From: Candidatus Onthovivens sp.
Lineage (GTDB): Bacteria > Bacillota_I > Bacilli_A > RFN20 > CAG-826
NCBI GenBank assembly: GCA_036746835.1
Contig: DAIODM010000002.1
Span: forward strand, 37,527-101,526
Length of the DNA: 64,000 bases
Direction: 5' to 3'
The notes under the pieces are model-generated. The model had not been told where the DNA came from, did no database searches, and saw only the letters and a list, made by a program, of their open reading frames with translations. Of this stretch, positions 30,547-39,673 are shown piece after piece. The translations under genes and the position numbers were made by a program. The first letter of the stretch is position 1. Every line of letters starts with the position of its first letter.

Positions 30547-30741
30547 ATGTCAAGAGTATGTCCTATTACTGGTAAAGGTCCAATGACCGGCAATGCAAGA
30601 TCACACAGCTTAATTGCAACTCGTAGAAGATGGAATGTAAACTTACAACCATATAAAATCGAGATTAACGGTAAAACCTATACAGTTAGAATGAGTGCTA
30701 GAGCCTATCGCTCCCTCAATAAATCAACCAAAGCTAACTAA
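30547..30741 (+). CDS. rpmB: 50S ribosomal protein L28
   Basis: MSRVCPITGKGPMTGNARSHSLIATRRRWNVNLQ... The ATG at 30547 lies 8 nt after AAGGAGGA. Confidence 0.9.
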   Translation: MSRVCPITGKGPMTGNARSHSLIATRRRWNVNLQPYKIEINGKTYTVRMSARAYRSLNKSTKAN

Positions 30742-30744
30742 TTA

Positions 30745-30776
30745 AAAGCCTTCCAAACGGAAGGCTTTTTATTTTG
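30745..30776 (+). terminator. rpmB terminator (aaaagccttcc-aaac-ggaaggctttt + T-run)
   Basis: A stem of 9 bp or more with a T-run. Confidence 0.85.
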
Positions 30777-30836
30777 TTTTTTAAAAAAATAAGTATATAT
30801 CTCACTATCTTTAATAAATTTATTTATAATATCTAT

Positions 30837-31310
30837 ATGGAAAATAAAACAAATGTTATGCGTATCCTTGATAAAGCTAAAGTAGCTTATCGAGTATATG
30901 ATTATCACGATAAAGAGTTCACCACTGCTGATAATATTGCAGTTCTTTTAGGACTTGAACCAGAACAAGAATTTAAAACATTAGTCACAGTAGGAAAAAG
31001 CAAAGATTTTTATGTTTTTGTGGTTCCTTCAAATCACGAATTAGATCTTAAAAAAGCAGCTAAAGTCGTTAACGAAAAGAATTTAGAGATGATTCCTTTT
31101 AAAGATTTACTTGGTGTTACTGGCTACATTCATGGCGGGTGTTCACCAATTGGACTTAAAAAACCTTATCAAGTTGTAATTAATGATTCAGCAAAAAACT
31201 TCGATACTATCGTATTTAGTGCTGGTAAAGTAGGTTATTCAGTTGAAGTTAAAAATAGCGATTTGCCAAAAGTCTTAAAATACACTTATAACGACATTAT
31301 TAAAGATTAA
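30837..31310 (+). CDS. ybaK: Cys-tRNA(Pro)/Cys-tRNA(Cys) deacylase, YbaK/ProX family
   Basis: The YbaK domain (...GYIHGGCSPIGLKK...). The start was chosen at MENKTNVMRILD; the tracked start at 30774 is an upstream extension. Confidence 0.75.
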   Translation: MENKTNVMRILDKAKVAYRVYDYHDKEFTTADNIAVLLGLEPEQEFKTLVTVGKSKDFYVFVVPSNHELDLKKAAKVVNEKNLEMIPFKDLLGVTGYIHGGCSPIGLKKPYQVVINDSAKNFDTIVFSAGKVGYSVEVKNSDLPKVLKYTYNDIIKD

Positions 31311-31340
31311 AAAATCCACCGAAGTGGATTTTTATTTTAT
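31311..31340. terminator. Bidirectional terminator (aaaatccac-cgaa-gtggatttt)
   Basis: A hairpin with a T-run, between convergent genes. Confidence 0.75.
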
Positions 31341-31729
31341 AAATTTAAGAATAAATTAAATGCTAATTGAGTTTGAGAAGCATGATCTGCTGCTTTTTGA
31401 ATTTCACTTAATAGATATGGATAAAAATAAATCCAGAAAATAACAAACGCAGCCACATAAATTGCTACCATTAAGCATAAACCAATAATACTTAAAATAA
31501 TGCCTGATGATTTTTTAGATTTAGTACCATAAACAATACCTAAAATACCAAAAACTAAAGATAAAATTGGAAACCAACAAAGTAATAAAGAAGCAAGACC
31601 AAAACCAAAACCATCATTACTAGATTTATTAGTCTTATTTACTTTTTGAGCACTAACATTTTTTCCACATCTTGTACAAAATGTAGCATCATCATTTAAT
31701 TCTTGTCCGCAATAAATACAATATTTCAT
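31337..31729 (-). CDS. Zinc-ribbon plus two-TM small membrane protein (DUF4190-like)
   Basis: N-terminal CxxC...CxxC (MKYCIYCGQELNDDATFCTRCG), then two hydrophobic helices. Confidence 0.55.
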   Translation of the reverse strand: MKYCIYCGQELNDDATFCTRCGKNVSAQKVNKTNKSSNDGFGFGLASLLLCWFPILSLVFGILGIVYGTKSKKSSGIILSIIGLCLMVAIYVAAFVIFWIYFYPYLLSEIQKAADHASQTQLAFNLFLNL

Positions 31730-31763
31730 AAATTATCTCCTACTAAGTTATTATAGATAAATT

Positions 31764-33071
31764 TTAAATTAATGTATCAAGAATTTCTTCGTATTTTTCT
31801 AGTTTTTTATTTTTCTTTGTAATTCTAACGCCACGCTTATAAACTAAGTATGGATTTCTTAAGGTAGTTAAATCATCAAGAGGATTCTTTAAAAGTACGA
31901 TTGCATCAAAGTATTTTCCTTCTTTTAAGGAACCAATTTCATTTTCTTTTTTAAGAATAGTTGCGTTAATATAAGTTGCAGTTTTTAAAGCAAAACCACT
32001 TGTAACACCAACATATTTTTTGAAGTAACAAAGTTCACGCCACATACCGTATTGGAAAGCATATGGACAACTTGCATCAGTTCCTAAACCAACCGTAATA
32101 TTATGAGCTAAAGCATATTTTGATTCTTCTATAATTCCATTAGCAACAATATCAGCATTAGCTTTTTGTACATCATCACAAAGAGTAATTTTTGGATCTA
32201 ATTTTGCAAATGGAATCGCTGGAGAAATTGTTGTAATTAAAACAGTATGTCCCCAATTTCCATCATTATTTTTTAAATATTTTCTAGTAAAATCATCGTC
32301 TTTAATAGGTGCACCATGCTCAATAGTATCAAGACCAAGAGCAATTCCTTCGACCATTCCTTCACTACCTTCAGTATGAGAAGGAACTCGATATCCTTTT
32401 TCGTGAGCATACTCTATACAGAATTTTGCTGCTTCATAACTCATTTTTTGAGAGCCACAATCTCCAACTTTTTTAGCATCCATTACGCCACCTGTAGTAC
32501 AAATTTTAATCCAATCAACCCCTTCTTTAATGTTGTCGTCGATTAACTTTTTATAATCCTCATTTGTAACGCCAGATCTTGCAAAAGTTTTATCTCCGTG
32601 ACCTGTAGGAGCAGTAATTGCAAAGCCACTACAATATAAAGTTGGTCCAAGATATTTTCCACTATTAATTAAGTTTCTTTGTTTAACATCTGCATAATAA
32701 AAATCACCAACTGAACGGACAGTTGTCGTTCCACTATATAATTCACTTAATAAACTTTTTTTAGCAAGCTTAGCTAAAATAACATCACCCAATTTAGTTT
32801 TAACAATTTTTAAAATAAAATCTTGTTTCTTGCCACCAGTTAAAGTTTTGCTAGGTTTACCACTTCCAAAGAGGTGAGCATGTAAATTAATAAGACCAGG
32901 ACATAAATATTTGTCTTTATAATCAAATTCACGGTACGCTTTTTGTTTGATGTTTTTAGATATCTCACTAATTTTTCCATCTTCAATTAATAGATCGATG
33001 TTTTTAATTACTTTTTCATTTTCAACATCGACTAAGTTAACGTTTTTAATAACAAAATTTGAATTTTTCAT
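31764..33071 (-). CDS. Amidohydrolase-family metal-dependent hydrolase
   Basis: GLINLHAHL metal-binding motif and a TIM-barrel amidohydrolase layout. Confidence 0.7.
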   Translation of the reverse strand: MKNSNFVIKNVNLVDVENEKVIKNIDLLIEDGKISEISKNIKQKAYREFDYKDKYLCPGLINLHAHLFGSGKPSKTLTGGKKQDFILKIVKTKLGDVILAKLAKKSLLSELYSGTTTVRSVGDFYYADVKQRNLINSGKYLGPTLYCSGFAITAPTGHGDKTFARSGVTNEDYKKLIDDNIKEGVDWIKICTTGGVMDAKKVGDCGSQKMSYEAAKFCIEYAHEKGYRVPSHTEGSEGMVEGIALGLDTIEHGAPIKDDDFTRKYLKNNDGNWGHTVLITTISPAIPFAKLDPKITLCDDVQKANADIVANGIIEESKYALAHNITVGLGTDASCPYAFQYGMWRELCYFKKYVGVTSGFALKTATYINATILKKENEIGSLKEGKYFDAIVLLKNPLDDLTTLRNPYLVYKRGVRITKKNKKLEKYEEILDTLI

Positions 33072-33171
33072 AAAGACTCCTTAAAAAATAAAACCTATAT
33101 ATTTTTTAACCAAAATATATAGGTATTCAAGTTTTAAGTTAATAAAATAATCTTAAAATAATATTAAACGT

Positions 33172-34416
33172 TTAAACTGGATAAGTAACATTAAAAGTTG
33201 TGTTCTCATCAAATAATTTTTTAACTGAAGAATTAATGACAGTAAAGTTATTTCTATTTAGAACATATTGTTTCTTACTATCAAGAGTTGATGAACTATA
33301 AGAGACATTTGGATTAACAGTAACATCACAAGTTCCTTTTTCAAGATAACCAGTTCTTCCATTAATACGATAAGCTTCGACTGCTTCATTATGATGCTTA
33401 TCAATATCAAGATAAGAGAAAATAACGTCATAACGCCAGAGAGCATTCTTATAAATTTTAGTACTATAAATATCGTTATAAGAATAACGAATAATACTAT
33501 ATGAGAAATCAGTGTTAAATAGACCCGTTTGAGTAACTAAAGTACTACTTGAATAGTTTGCGGAAGTACTTTGACCATAAATACTTGCAAGTTCAGGATT
33601 AACGTGAGTTTTGCCAAAGTTTTGACCATTACTATCAAGAGTTACATTAAAATTCTTTTTGCTAGTAAAATCATTAAGCTTTCCATTCGCTTTGGTTGTA
33701 GTTCCTGGATAATTGAAAGTTTTAGTCCAATTATATAAATAAGCGGTTGAATTCATGTTTTGTAACATTTGCATAAATCCATTCATTGCTAAATCATCTG
33801 GATTTGGTAAATCGACACTAAGTTGAGTACCAACAACTCCAATTCTATATTTAGCAAAATAGGTGTTGTTATTAATATAATCAGTATCGGTATAAGATGA
33901 GCCATCGGTCCAACCCATTCTAACTTTAAACTTCATTGTTTGGGCACCATTATAACTATGAAAAGTATAGGTTTTAACAAGTGTATTTGAAGGTAAACCA
34001 CTTTCAGTATCGATTTCACTAAAATTGTAACCTTCATTAAATTCATCAGCTAAATATTCACTTGAATCACTAACTTCATAAAATCCACAATAAAGAGGTT
34101 TAATATTAGTTGCCCAAGTTAAAGAAATAACAACATCCATACTGACATCGCTAACAACTTCACCACCCCAATTTTGAATAGTAAAGTAACGATCAATATA
34201 TTCTCCTGGAGCAAGTTTTAAATCGGTTTCAACGAGTTCATCATTATAATTAGTTGTTCCAATATTTTCATGATTTAAAGTATTAATAATAAAAGTCTTT
34301 GCTGCGACTTTTCCAGTCGTATCAAGGGTACTAGAATACTTCGAAAAAACTCCTGCTGTAATGTTAGCAGTAAGCACTAGTAACGCACATAAAGAAATAA
34401 CAAGTTTCTTATTCAT
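33172..34416 (-). CDS. Secreted N/S/T/Y-rich protein of unknown function
   Basis: Signal peptide MNKKLVISLCALLVLTANITAG, then low-complexity Asn/Ser/Thr/Tyr-rich sequence. Confidence 0.5.
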   Translation of the reverse strand: MNKKLVISLCALLVLTANITAGVFSKYSSTLDTTGKVAAKTFIINTLNHENIGTTNYNDELVETDLKLAPGEYIDRYFTIQNWGGEVVSDVSMDVVISLTWATNIKPLYCGFYEVSDSSEYLADEFNEGYNFSEIDTESGLPSNTLVKTYTFHSYNGAQTMKFKVRMGWTDGSSYTDTDYINNNTYFAKYRIGVVGTQLSVDLPNPDDLAMNGFMQMLQNMNSTAYLYNWTKTFNYPGTTTKANGKLNDFTSKKNFNVTLDSNGQNFGKTHVNPELASIYGQSTSANYSSSTLVTQTGLFNTDFSYSIIRYSYNDIYSTKIYKNALWRYDVIFSYLDIDKHHNEAVEAYRINGRTGYLEKGTCDVTVNPNVSYSSSTLDSKKQYVLNRNNFTVINSSVKKLFDENTTFNVTYPV

Positions 34417-34468
34417 AACAACTATTATACAATAATTTTTAAAAATATAAAAAATTACGAGTTTATAG

Positions 34469-35416
34469 TTATTTTATAAATTTGTCAGCAAAATCAACAA
34501 TTATTTTATGAAATCTCTTAGTATCTTTTGCTTCACTACAACAATGTGCAGCTCCTTCAAAAGCATAATGTTCAACGTAGCAATCGCTACTAAAAGCATT
34601 AGCAATTTTTTCTTCGTTAAAAAATGGAACGAATTGATCATTTGTACCATGAATTAAACAGACTGGAAGCATATTTTTAGCGACTGCTTTAGTTACGGTT
34701 TCGTTAAAACTCATTTTATGGAAAATTGAAGCATAAGTTTCACCGATTGAAACTAGTAAATTAGCACAAGGTAATTTCATCATATCTTTTGCAACATGAC
34801 GTAATTGAGTATCTAGCGAATCATATCCACAATCAGCAATGATGCATTTAACATTTTGAGGTAAATCATATTTAAGGGTTAATAAAACAACATGAGCACC
34901 CATTAAGTGACCAAAAACAAGTATTTTAGAATCTTTATCTTGAGCAACTAAATAATTAATCCAAAGTAAGGCATCTTCACTTTCTTTAGGTCCCATCGTA
35001 AAATATTTACCTTCGCTATTCCAATTTCCTCTTTCTTCAACAAAATAAAGATTATAACCTTTATCAAAAAAGACATGGGCTGAAGGAGCCCATTCATTCA
35101 TTACACTTCCACGATATCCATGGAAAAATATAACGTACTTATTACTTTTAATTGGATTCATTAATCTTTTTGCAGCTAATTTAAGTCCATCATTACTTGT
35201 GATAAAGACTTCTTCATATGTATGGGAATTAACAAATTCTGGATCTTCTATTAAAGACATTGTAGGATCATTAACAGTTCGCTTATTTTCTTCTTTAGCA
35301 GGATCTTTACGACCAAAAGACATTTTAAACATGAAAATACCAATGATTAAATAAACAATAATTAATAAAACGAGTACGCTCAAAATAACGATTAAAACAA
35401 TTAATAATGGTGTCAT
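34469..35416 (-). CDS. Membrane-anchored alpha/beta hydrolase
   Basis: N-terminal TM helix, nucleophile elbow GHLMGAH, and HGTNDQFVP. Confidence 0.65.
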   Translation of the reverse strand: MTPLLIVLIVILSVLVLLIIVYLIIGIFMFKMSFGRKDPAKEENKRTVNDPTMSLIEDPEFVNSHTYEEVFITSNDGLKLAAKRLMNPIKSNKYVIFFHGYRGSVMNEWAPSAHVFFDKGYNLYFVEERGNWNSEGKYFTMGPKESEDALLWINYLVAQDKDSKILVFGHLMGAHVVLLTLKYDLPQNVKCIIADCGYDSLDTQLRHVAKDMMKLPCANLLVSIGETYASIFHKMSFNETVTKAVAKNMLPVCLIHGTNDQFVPFFNEEKIANAFSSDCYVEHYAFEGAAHCCSEAKDTKRFHKIIVDFADKFIK

Positions 35417-35419
35417 ATA

Positions 35420-36289
35420 TTATTTCCTTCTATTTGGTAATATTAGTAACATTGATGTTACTTTTTGATAGTCTTTATAAGTTGGTTTATATGTCACATA
35501 ATGCTTTTCGCAAAGTGGAATTGAAATAAAGACAAATAAAAACAAAATCAAAACAGCGCCAATTACATAATAAAAATTATTTAAATTAGTTGGTAAATAA
35601 GCAAAATAAATACCAAACCAAATCATAATTTCTCCTAAATAATTTGGGTGACGAGAATATTTAAATAAACCTTTATTAAGCACTTCATCATGACTCTTTC
35701 TTACTTTAATAAAATTTGCTAACTCTATATCGGATATAATTTCTAAAATTGTTCCTAAAAACATTATAAAGTAGCCAATAAATGAAAAATAAGAAAATTG
35801 AGCACCTTCTTCAATTAATAAAAACATTGGAATTGATCCTAAATAAACAAGTAAGGTAGGAAATAAACAAAACGCTCCTAAACTAAATAAGTCATAAAGT
35901 CTACCTGTAATTGATCTATATTTTGTATAACGATAATCGCAATATGAAATATCTTTAAGACCAATAAAGAAATTTAAAGTTAATCTAATACTCCAAAAAC
36001 CTAAGAATCCAAGCATTAAAAAAGCGTTAATCGTATAAACCTTATAAAAAACCATTAAACTTAAATAAATTAAAAAAGGAGCAATACTCCAATATGGATC
36101 ATAAATACTCGTGGTACCAAAAAGAATTGATTGTCCCCAAACAAAAATAGTTGAAATAACATCAGCTATAAGTATTCTAAGAATTAAAGGGACACTAATT
36201 GGTAGTAAATAAAAAGACATCAATCCCACCACATATCCAAGTAAATAAACTAATATATAGATAGATATCGCTTTAATCTTTGCTTTCAT
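35420..36289 (-). CDS. Polytopic membrane methyltransferase-like protein (ICMT/PEMT/DUF1295 family)
   Basis: C-terminal RHPNYLGEIMIW motif characteristic of the isoprenylcysteine carboxyl methyltransferase family. Confidence 0.55.
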   Translation of the reverse strand: MKAKIKAISIYILVYLLGYVVGLMSFYLLPISVPLILRILIADVISTIFVWGQSILFGTTSIYDPYWSIAPFLIYLSLMVFYKVYTINAFLMLGFLGFWSIRLTLNFFIGLKDISYCDYRYTKYRSITGRLYDLFSLGAFCLFPTLLVYLGSIPMFLLIEEGAQFSYFSFIGYFIMFLGTILEIISDIELANFIKVRKSHDEVLNKGLFKYSRHPNYLGEIMIWFGIYFAYLPTNLNNFYYVIGAVLILFLFVFISIPLCEKHYVTYKPTYKDYQKVTSMLLILPNRRK

Positions 36290-36291
36290 AA

Positions 36292-36771
36292 TTAATTCTG
36301 TCTTTTACCTATATAATCTTTAACATTATCGTATGGAATATCAAGAGCAATCGCGAATTCACCAAAGACTATTTTTTCAGCTTTTTCGACAAACTCTTTA
36401 TCTTTATTTGTAAATTTAATTAAATCTTTATGACCATATAATTCTTTTAATGCAGCACATAATTGCTTAATTTCTCCACCTAAAAGAAGTTCTTCGTACT
36501 TATTAATTCTTCTTTTGGATTCAGGAATCCATGGCATATCATAGCTTTCAATATTATCTATAATAGATTTCGCTTCATCTTTTGAAATTAAAGGATTTAA
36601 AAGTTCTGCACGATTTACAGGAATTTTTATAGTAATCCCTTTTTCATGACCAAAAACAGCTTTACAAACATAATAGGTACTAGTAATCCCATCAAAAACC
36701 ATATCTTCAGTCCCAATTATTTGCAAAACTCCATAAATTTTGTGCATGACATACTCATTCGTGTTAAACAT
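36292..36771 (-). CDS. CarD/CdnL-family RNA polymerase-binding regulator
   Basis: N-terminal Tudor-like domain (YVMHKIYGVLQIIG...GITIKIPVNRAELLNPLISKDEAKSI) and a C-terminal helical domain. About 160 aa. Confidence 0.6.
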   Translation of the reverse strand: MFNTNEYVMHKIYGVLQIIGTEDMVFDGITSTYYVCKAVFGHEKGITIKIPVNRAELLNPLISKDEAKSIIDNIESYDMPWIPESKRRINKYEELLLGGEIKQLCAALKELYGHKDLIKFTNKDKEFVEKAEKIVFGEFAIALDIPYDNVKDYIGKRQN

Positions 36772-36908
36772 TTACTCTCCTTATCAAAAAGATTATTTTT
36801 CAAGGGCAATTTAACATAAATAAATTCGCAGTATATGAAAAATATTCGATTTATGATATTATTCTATCATTTTTTTAAACGATTTTAAAGTTAAGAAAAG
36901 ACGAGAAT

Positions 36909-37280
36909 TTATTCCTCGTCGTTCTTTTTTACATTAGGTAATGGTCCATTTGCAAAGACAATTGTTGGGTTGCTTTTAAGCTCAATATCCTTCTTATTTC
37001 CTTTATTATTTTTTTCATTTTGATCATTTTGCCTATCGATCATTCTTTGGTTACGAATAATAAAATCCGTAATATTAAAAATATATCCATCAATTAAATG
37101 ACGATAGGAATCTCGATAATTATCGTGCACTGAAATGAACTTATTTTTTAATTCTTTTGCACTCTTATCGAAACTAACATAATCTTTATTGCTGTTGTTA
37201 AAATTTGCACGAAGAGAATCGTACTCAGAAATTAAATTTCTTAATGTTGAATCTTTAAATACTTTTCTAAAAACCACCAT
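36909..37280 (-). CDS. Hypothetical protein
   Basis: A 123-aa ORF with a terminator hairpin overlapping its stop codon. Confidence 0.35.
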   Translation of the reverse strand: MVVFRKVFKDSTLRNLISEYDSLRANFNNSNKDYVSFDKSAKELKNKFISVHDNYRDSYRHLIDGYIFNITDFIIRNQRMIDRQNDQNEKNNKGNKKDIELKSNPTIVFANGPLPNVKKNDEE

Positions 37281-37452
37281 ATAGCCACCCGCCTAATTAA
37301 TATAGTCTTTAAGAATATAATATTTATAATGAACTTTAAAGAGAAAAAGAACAAGTTGAAACTGATTTTAAAATTAATCAAATGAATAAAATATTTTGAT
37401 TATTTATAAATAGATGAATAAAATTAACATATTAAGAAAGAAAAAGAGCATA

Positions 37453-37486
37453 AAAAAATGTCGATTTTATCGACATTTATTAATTT
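37453..37486 (-). terminator. Terminator after tRNA-Trp (aaatgtcgat-aaaa-tcgacattt + T-run on the minus strand)
   Basis: A 10-bp stem with TTTTTTTAT on the minus strand. Confidence 0.75.
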
Positions 37487-37560
37487 TGGCGGGGGAAGAA
37501 GGAATCGAACCCTCATCAGTGGTTTTGGAGACCATTGCCCTACCATTGGACTATACCCCC
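37487..37560 (-). tRNA. trnW: tRNA-Trp (anticodon CCA), CCA 3' end encoded
   Basis: The reverse complement GGGGGTATAGTCCAATGGTAGGGCAATGGTCTCCAAAACCACTGATGAGGGTTCGATTCCTTCTTCCCCCGCCA folds as a cloverleaf with the anticodon loop CUCCAAA. It closely matches Bacillus tRNA-Trp. Confidence 0.9.
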
Positions 37561-37626
37561 ACACCCGCTAAAATTATTTAGCGAGATTAATTATAACTAA
37601 AAATTAAATTATAAACAACACAAAAC

Positions 37627-38055
37627 CTAACTATTTAAACCACGTAAAACTTTACTAACAGTGCCCATATCAACTTTTCCAGCATAATTAGTTTTAAAGT
37701 ATTTCATTACACTTGGAACACTCTTATCATCTAAGCCCATAATAATCTTTTTAATTTCATCTTCACCCATCATTTGTGGAAGATAAACTTTTAAAAGTTT
37801 AATTTGATCATCAAGATTTTTAATATCATCTGGACGATTGGCAGCAACATATCCTTCTTTTTCTTCTTCAAGTTCTTTAAGTGTTTTATTAATTAAACCA
37901 ACAAGTTCAACATCACCAATTTCTTTACCTTGTGCTTTTGCTTCGTACCCAGCAACCATATATTTATTAATAACAACAGATAAAACTGCTCTTTTATTAG
38001 TATCTTTATTTTTAAGAGCTAACATGTTTTCTTTCTTTAAAGTATCGATTAACAT
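37627..38055 (-). CDS. yqeY: GatB/YqeY-domain protein
   Basis: About 140 aa, with an N-terminal LKENMLALKNKD and a YqeY-like helical domain. Confidence 0.7.
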   Translation of the reverse strand: MLIDTLKKENMLALKNKDTNKRAVLSVVINKYMVAGYEAKAQGKEIGDVELVGLINKTLKELEEEKEGYVAANRPDDIKNLDDQIKLLKVYLPQMMGEDEIKKIIMGLDDKSVPSVMKYFKTNYAGKVDMGTVSKVLRGLNS

Positions 38056-38095
38056 AATTTCTTCCTCTTTTTATTTTTATATTATACATCAAAAA

Positions 38096-38129
38096 AAGTT
38101 AAGGATTTAATTCCTTAACTTATTTTTAT
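38096..38129 (-). terminator. Terminator hairpin (gttaagga-tttaat-tccttaac + T-run)
   Basis: An 8-bp stem downstream of the 38130..38573 gene. Confidence 0.55.
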
Positions 38130-38573
38130 TTATTTAGAAATAAATTTTCCTTTTTTATCACCTTTAGAGGCTCTCTTTAATGTTGAAGCGCCTTGATTCT
38201 TAGCAGTAACTTTAGCATATTCACTTGCTTCTGCTTCAGTATCAAATAATTTAAGAGCTTTTGTACCACCCTTAATTACAACTTCCCATTTCTTTTTATT
38301 GGCTGGTGATTTTTGAACAATGTATTGTTTACCTCCAGTAGTCTTCTTCTCGGCTGGAGTCACTTTTTTAGTCTTTGTTCCTTTTTTCACTTTAGTTTCC
38401 TCTTCAGGTTTGATAACTTTAGTCTTTTTAGGCTTCACAGTTTCTTTCTTTTCTTCAACAGGCTTCTCATCCTTTTTCTCTTCGACTTTTTCTTCTTTTG
38501 CTTCGTCTTTTTTAGATTCTGCAGCAGGAGCTTCTTCTACAACAGCCTTCTTCTTATGACGCCAAAAACACAT
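38130..38573 (-). CDS. Lys/Glu-rich protein with a C-terminal DUF2188-like domain
   Basis: An N-terminal ~90-aa K/E/P low-complexity region. The C-terminus (YIVQKSPANKKKWEVVIKGGTKALKLFDTEAEASEYAKVTAKNQGA) resembles DUF2188. Confidence 0.45.
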   Translation of the reverse strand: MCFWRHKKKAVVEEAPAAESKKDEAKEEKVEEKKDEKPVEEKKETVKPKKTKVIKPEEETKVKKGTKTKKVTPAEKKTTGGKQYIVQKSPANKKKWEVVIKGGTKALKLFDTEAEASEYAKVTAKNQGASTLKRASKGDKKGKFISK

Positions 38574-38679
38574 AAAATTATCCTTCTTTCTTTTATAATT
38601 CTAAGCGAATTATGAATTTTTTGCAATTTTTTCAACTTTCCACCTTTTCAAAAATTATTTTAGACTTATACTTTTTTAC

Positions 38680-39663
38680 ATGTATCAATCAAAATTAAAT
38701 TTAGTCGATACCGAAAAAGGTATCAAATTAGTTAAAGATAATTTCGAGAAAAATCTTGCAAAAGAACTCAATCTACTTCGTGTTAGCGCCCCACTATTTG
38801 TAACCAATAAATCAGGATTAAACGATAATCTAAATGGCGTTGAAACTCCTGTCTCATTTAAAATTAGTGGCGTCGATGATACTTTAGAAATTGTTCACTC
38901 TCTTGCAAAATGGAAACGAATGGCTTTAAAAACTTATAACATTCCTATTGATGAAGGAATTTATACAGATATGAATGCGATTAGAAAAGATGAAGTTCTT
39001 GATAAACTTCATTCTGTTTATGTTGATCAATGGGATTGGGAAAAACACATTGTTCTTAACGAAAGAAAAATTTCTTATCTTAAAAAGACAGTAAGAAAAA
39101 TTTATAAAGCTATCTTAAAAACCCAAGATATAGTTTTAAAGACTTATCCAAACCTCGAACCAGTTTTTGATAAAGAAGTTACCTTTATTAAGGCAAGTGA
39201 TTTACTTAAATTGTATCCTACTCTTGATAGTAAAGAACGTGAAAATAAAATTGCTGAAAAGTATGGCACTGTCTTTATTATTGGTATTGGCGGAAAATTA
39301 AAAAATGGTAAACCACATGATTTAAGAGCTCCTGATTATGATGATTGGAAACTTAATGGAGATCTTTTAGTTTTCTATAAACCAATGAATTGTGCCGTAG
39401 AAATTTCTTCAATGGGTATTAGAGTTGATCACGATTCACTTTTAAAACAATTAAAAGCTTCAGGAAAAATGGAAAGAGTTTCTCTTCCATTTCATATGGC
39501 TCTTCTTAATAATGAATTACCTCTTTCAATTGGCGGAGGAATTGGTCAATCTCGATTATGTTTATTATTCTTAAATAAAGTTCATATTGGCGAAGTTCAA
39601 TCTTCAATTTGGACCCCAGAAATAAAAAAGTCTTGCGAAACGCAAGGCATAAAACTTCTATAG
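38680..39663 (+). CDS. asnA: Aspartate--ammonia ligase (asparagine synthetase A)
   Basis: The VHSLAKWKR, SVYVDQWDWE and class II aaRS-like core are diagnostic of AsnA. Confidence 0.88.
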   Translation: MYQSKLNLVDTEKGIKLVKDNFEKNLAKELNLLRVSAPLFVTNKSGLNDNLNGVETPVSFKISGVDDTLEIVHSLAKWKRMALKTYNIPIDEGIYTDMNAIRKDEVLDKLHSVYVDQWDWEKHIVLNERKISYLKKTVRKIYKAILKTQDIVLKTYPNLEPVFDKEVTFIKASDLLKLYPTLDSKERENKIAEKYGTVFIIGIGGKLKNGKPHDLRAPDYDDWKLNGDLLVFYKPMNCAVEISSMGIRVDHDSLLKQLKASGKMERVSLPFHMALLNNELPLSIGGGIGQSRLCLLFLNKVHIGEVQSSIWTPEIKKSCETQGIKLL

Positions 39664-39673
39664 TTTTTATAAT

